Shown here: positions 62,153 through 64,000 of the stretch, one piece after another | How positions within the stretch are numbered: position 1 is the first letter of the stretch | Layout of the letters: the number at the start of each line of letters is the position of its first letter | NCBI GenBank assembly: GCA_963804165.1 | Contig: CAWDPO010000012.1 | Span: 18,604-82,603, forward strand | Direction of reading: 5' to 3' | Source of the DNA: an uncultured delta proteobacterium | Lineage (GTDB): Bacteria > Desulfobacterota > Binatia > UBA9968 | Length of the DNA stretch: 64,000 bases | Translations under genes and position numbers: made by a program | Notes under the pieces: generated by a model | The model's input: the letters and a program-made list of their open reading frames with translations, nothing else | Told to the model about the DNA's origin: nothing | Databases searched by the model: none

Positions 62153-64000
62153 CTAATTTCTCGGGATAGGACGAATAGCCGACAACCGGCTCTCGTTTGA
62201 CAGCGTTCCTTGACTTTTGGCAATCACAGCGGCCATCTCCGCAACCGTGGGTGAATCCAGCAGGAACTTTATAGGCAGTTCTAGTTTGAACTCCATGACG
62301 ATTCTCGAGATGACCTGAGTAGCCGCCAGCGAATGGCCGCCGAGGTCGAAAAAAGTGTCGTGGGTGCCCACCTGTTTCAACCCCAACACCTCCGCCCAGA
62401 TTTTTGCTAGTTTCTCTTCAATGGGATTTCTAGGCGGGACGTACAAGTTATCCAGTGCAGGCCGCGAGTCATCCGGCACCGGAAGCCCGTGGCGATCCAA
62501 CTTACCGGCAGGCGTCGTCGGCATTGCCGCCAGCATAACAAAGGCCGAAGGAATCATGTATTCGGGCAGCGTTTTGCGAAGCCATCGGCGCAACTCGCTT
62601 ACGGTGATCCCGGGCCATTTATGCGGCACGCAATAAGCCACCAGCCGCCTTTCCCCGGCGTGATCCGCTTGACCGATGACAATGGCTTCCTTGACGCCGT
62701 CATGCCGCAGCAAAACCCGCTCTATTTCGGCGATCTCAACCTGGAACCCCCTGATTTTTATTTGCGAATCCTTGCGCCCCCCGTGGAACAGACACCCATC
62801 GTCGGTGAGCCAGCCTAGATCGCCGCTCAAATAGGTTCTTTCATCCCCGCCGTTCGGATCGGACAAGAATCTGGACTCGGTCATCTCGCGCATGCGCCAG
62901 TAGCCCGGTGAAAGAAAGCGGCTTCTGATGGCGATCTCCCCGATCGCGCCTGCTTTGGCTGGTTCTCCGTCTTCATCGAGTATAAGGATTTGCAAATCCT
63001 CATGTGCATAACCCACAGGCACATCGTTGTTTTGAATTTCTGTGCTCTTGTCGATCATGTAGTGGCTCACCTTCCCCGCTTCGCCGCAACCCAACCTCCC
63101 AACCAATATACACTCGTCGGCGAAATGCTTTTTATAGATTTCCACATCGTTCGCATAAACCGGTTCGCCTCCGATGCAAAGCAGGCGCAGGTGCGGGAAG
63201 CTCTCGCCGGAAAGAGCGCCCGCGAAGTGCCGGAAAGAGGATGACACGGAATCGAAAACGGTAATCTCCTCATGAATCAACCAAGCAGCGAGACGAACGA
63301 ATCCGTCCTTTGCGACGCTATACGGATAAACAGCGGCGCCGTTGAGCAAGCCGTCAAACAAATCAGCGATGGACCCGGAAGTGCTCGGTGATCGAAGCAG
63401 CGCCATTCGGTCGCGCGGTGAAAAATGATCCGCAAGGGTATCCCGTAATAGGGTGTGGAGAATATTTCGGTGCGTCTCCATGACACCCTTGGGCTGGCCG
63501 GTCGAACCGGACGTATAAATCAAAGCGGCAAGACTGTCCGGAGATAAGAATAGATCGAGATTTTCACCGATGTTGATGAGGCAAGTCCCCTCTTGAAGAT
63601 TACCTTTTGCGAGCCGGAACTGCTTTCAAGTTCATCGCGATCAGCCAGCGCGCCTGCGAATCAGCCAGCAAGTATTTGATTCTTTCCTTGGGAAAGGACG
63701 GGTCGATAACGACGAAGATCTTGCCCGCTTTCAGGATGCCGAGCATAGCCGGGATAACCGGCCCGCCATGCTCCAGGAAGATCGCTACCGGCTCATTTCC
63801 CTCGCCTTGTCGATCTATTATTGCCCTAGCCAAACGATTGGCGGTCCGATTGAGTTCGTCATAGGTCAGCGCGCAACCGCTCATACTGACCGCTGGCCAC
63901 TCCGGATACATCCGAACGATCTTTTGAAACCGTTCGGGGATCGACGATTCAACGTCAGCTACAGGAAACTCGACGAATATCCCCGACGGGTGAAAGCACT
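62153..64000 (-). CDS. second NRPS-like A-PCP protein (5' end just outside the window; frameshift near 63600)
   Basis: CFHPSGIFVEFP..DVESSIPERF N-terminus shared with the 17418 gene; YTSGSTGQPKG, GRKDSQIKIRG, GKLDR, FFDLGGHSL. Confidence 0.88.

Noticed and set aside
53564-63620. Frameshifts in the beta-propeller, NMT1-type SBP and second NRPS genes (and at 40175) as programmed frameshifting or phase variation
   Set aside because: No consistent slippery motif, and scattered single-base indels plus the poly-G tract suggest sequencing error or ordinary decay.

Overview
A 64-kb, moderately GC-rich bacterial accessory region with no rRNA, tRNA or CRISPR. Gene content and intergenic repeat style suggest a soil Candidatus Binatia/'Deltaproteobacteria'-type MAG (inference). 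It holds about 50 mostly unlinked single genes: a P-type ATPase, SrkA kinase, redox/detox enzymes, two TA pairs, an ECF sigma/anti-sigma/S8 protease trio, two stand-alone NRPS A-PCP genes, three orphan ABC substrate-binding proteins and several envelope lipoproteins. Mobile DNA includes a complete IS110, a complete IS701, a RAYT, three copies of a ~205-bp MITE and several relics. Three non-coding signals stand out. (1) An undescribed-looking ~66-70-bp hairpin site (GGATTGAACTGAATTCTCCTTC-N~25-TGAnGCGTCGTTCAGTTCAATCC) occurs 11 times in one orientation between 30 and 60 kb. Its arms bracket six gene modules, one of which is duplicated from site to site, suggesting a cassette-like mobility system with no identified recombinase. 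(2) The IS110 carries a bridge RNA whose donor and target guides, element ends and circle-junction promoter can be read directly from the sequence. (3) About 13 intergenic mosaics of 7- and 9-bp TTGAAC tandem repeats and nested palindromes all lie on the same strand. A poly-G/poly-A tract and several frameshifts point to assembly errors, so pseudogene calls are tentative.
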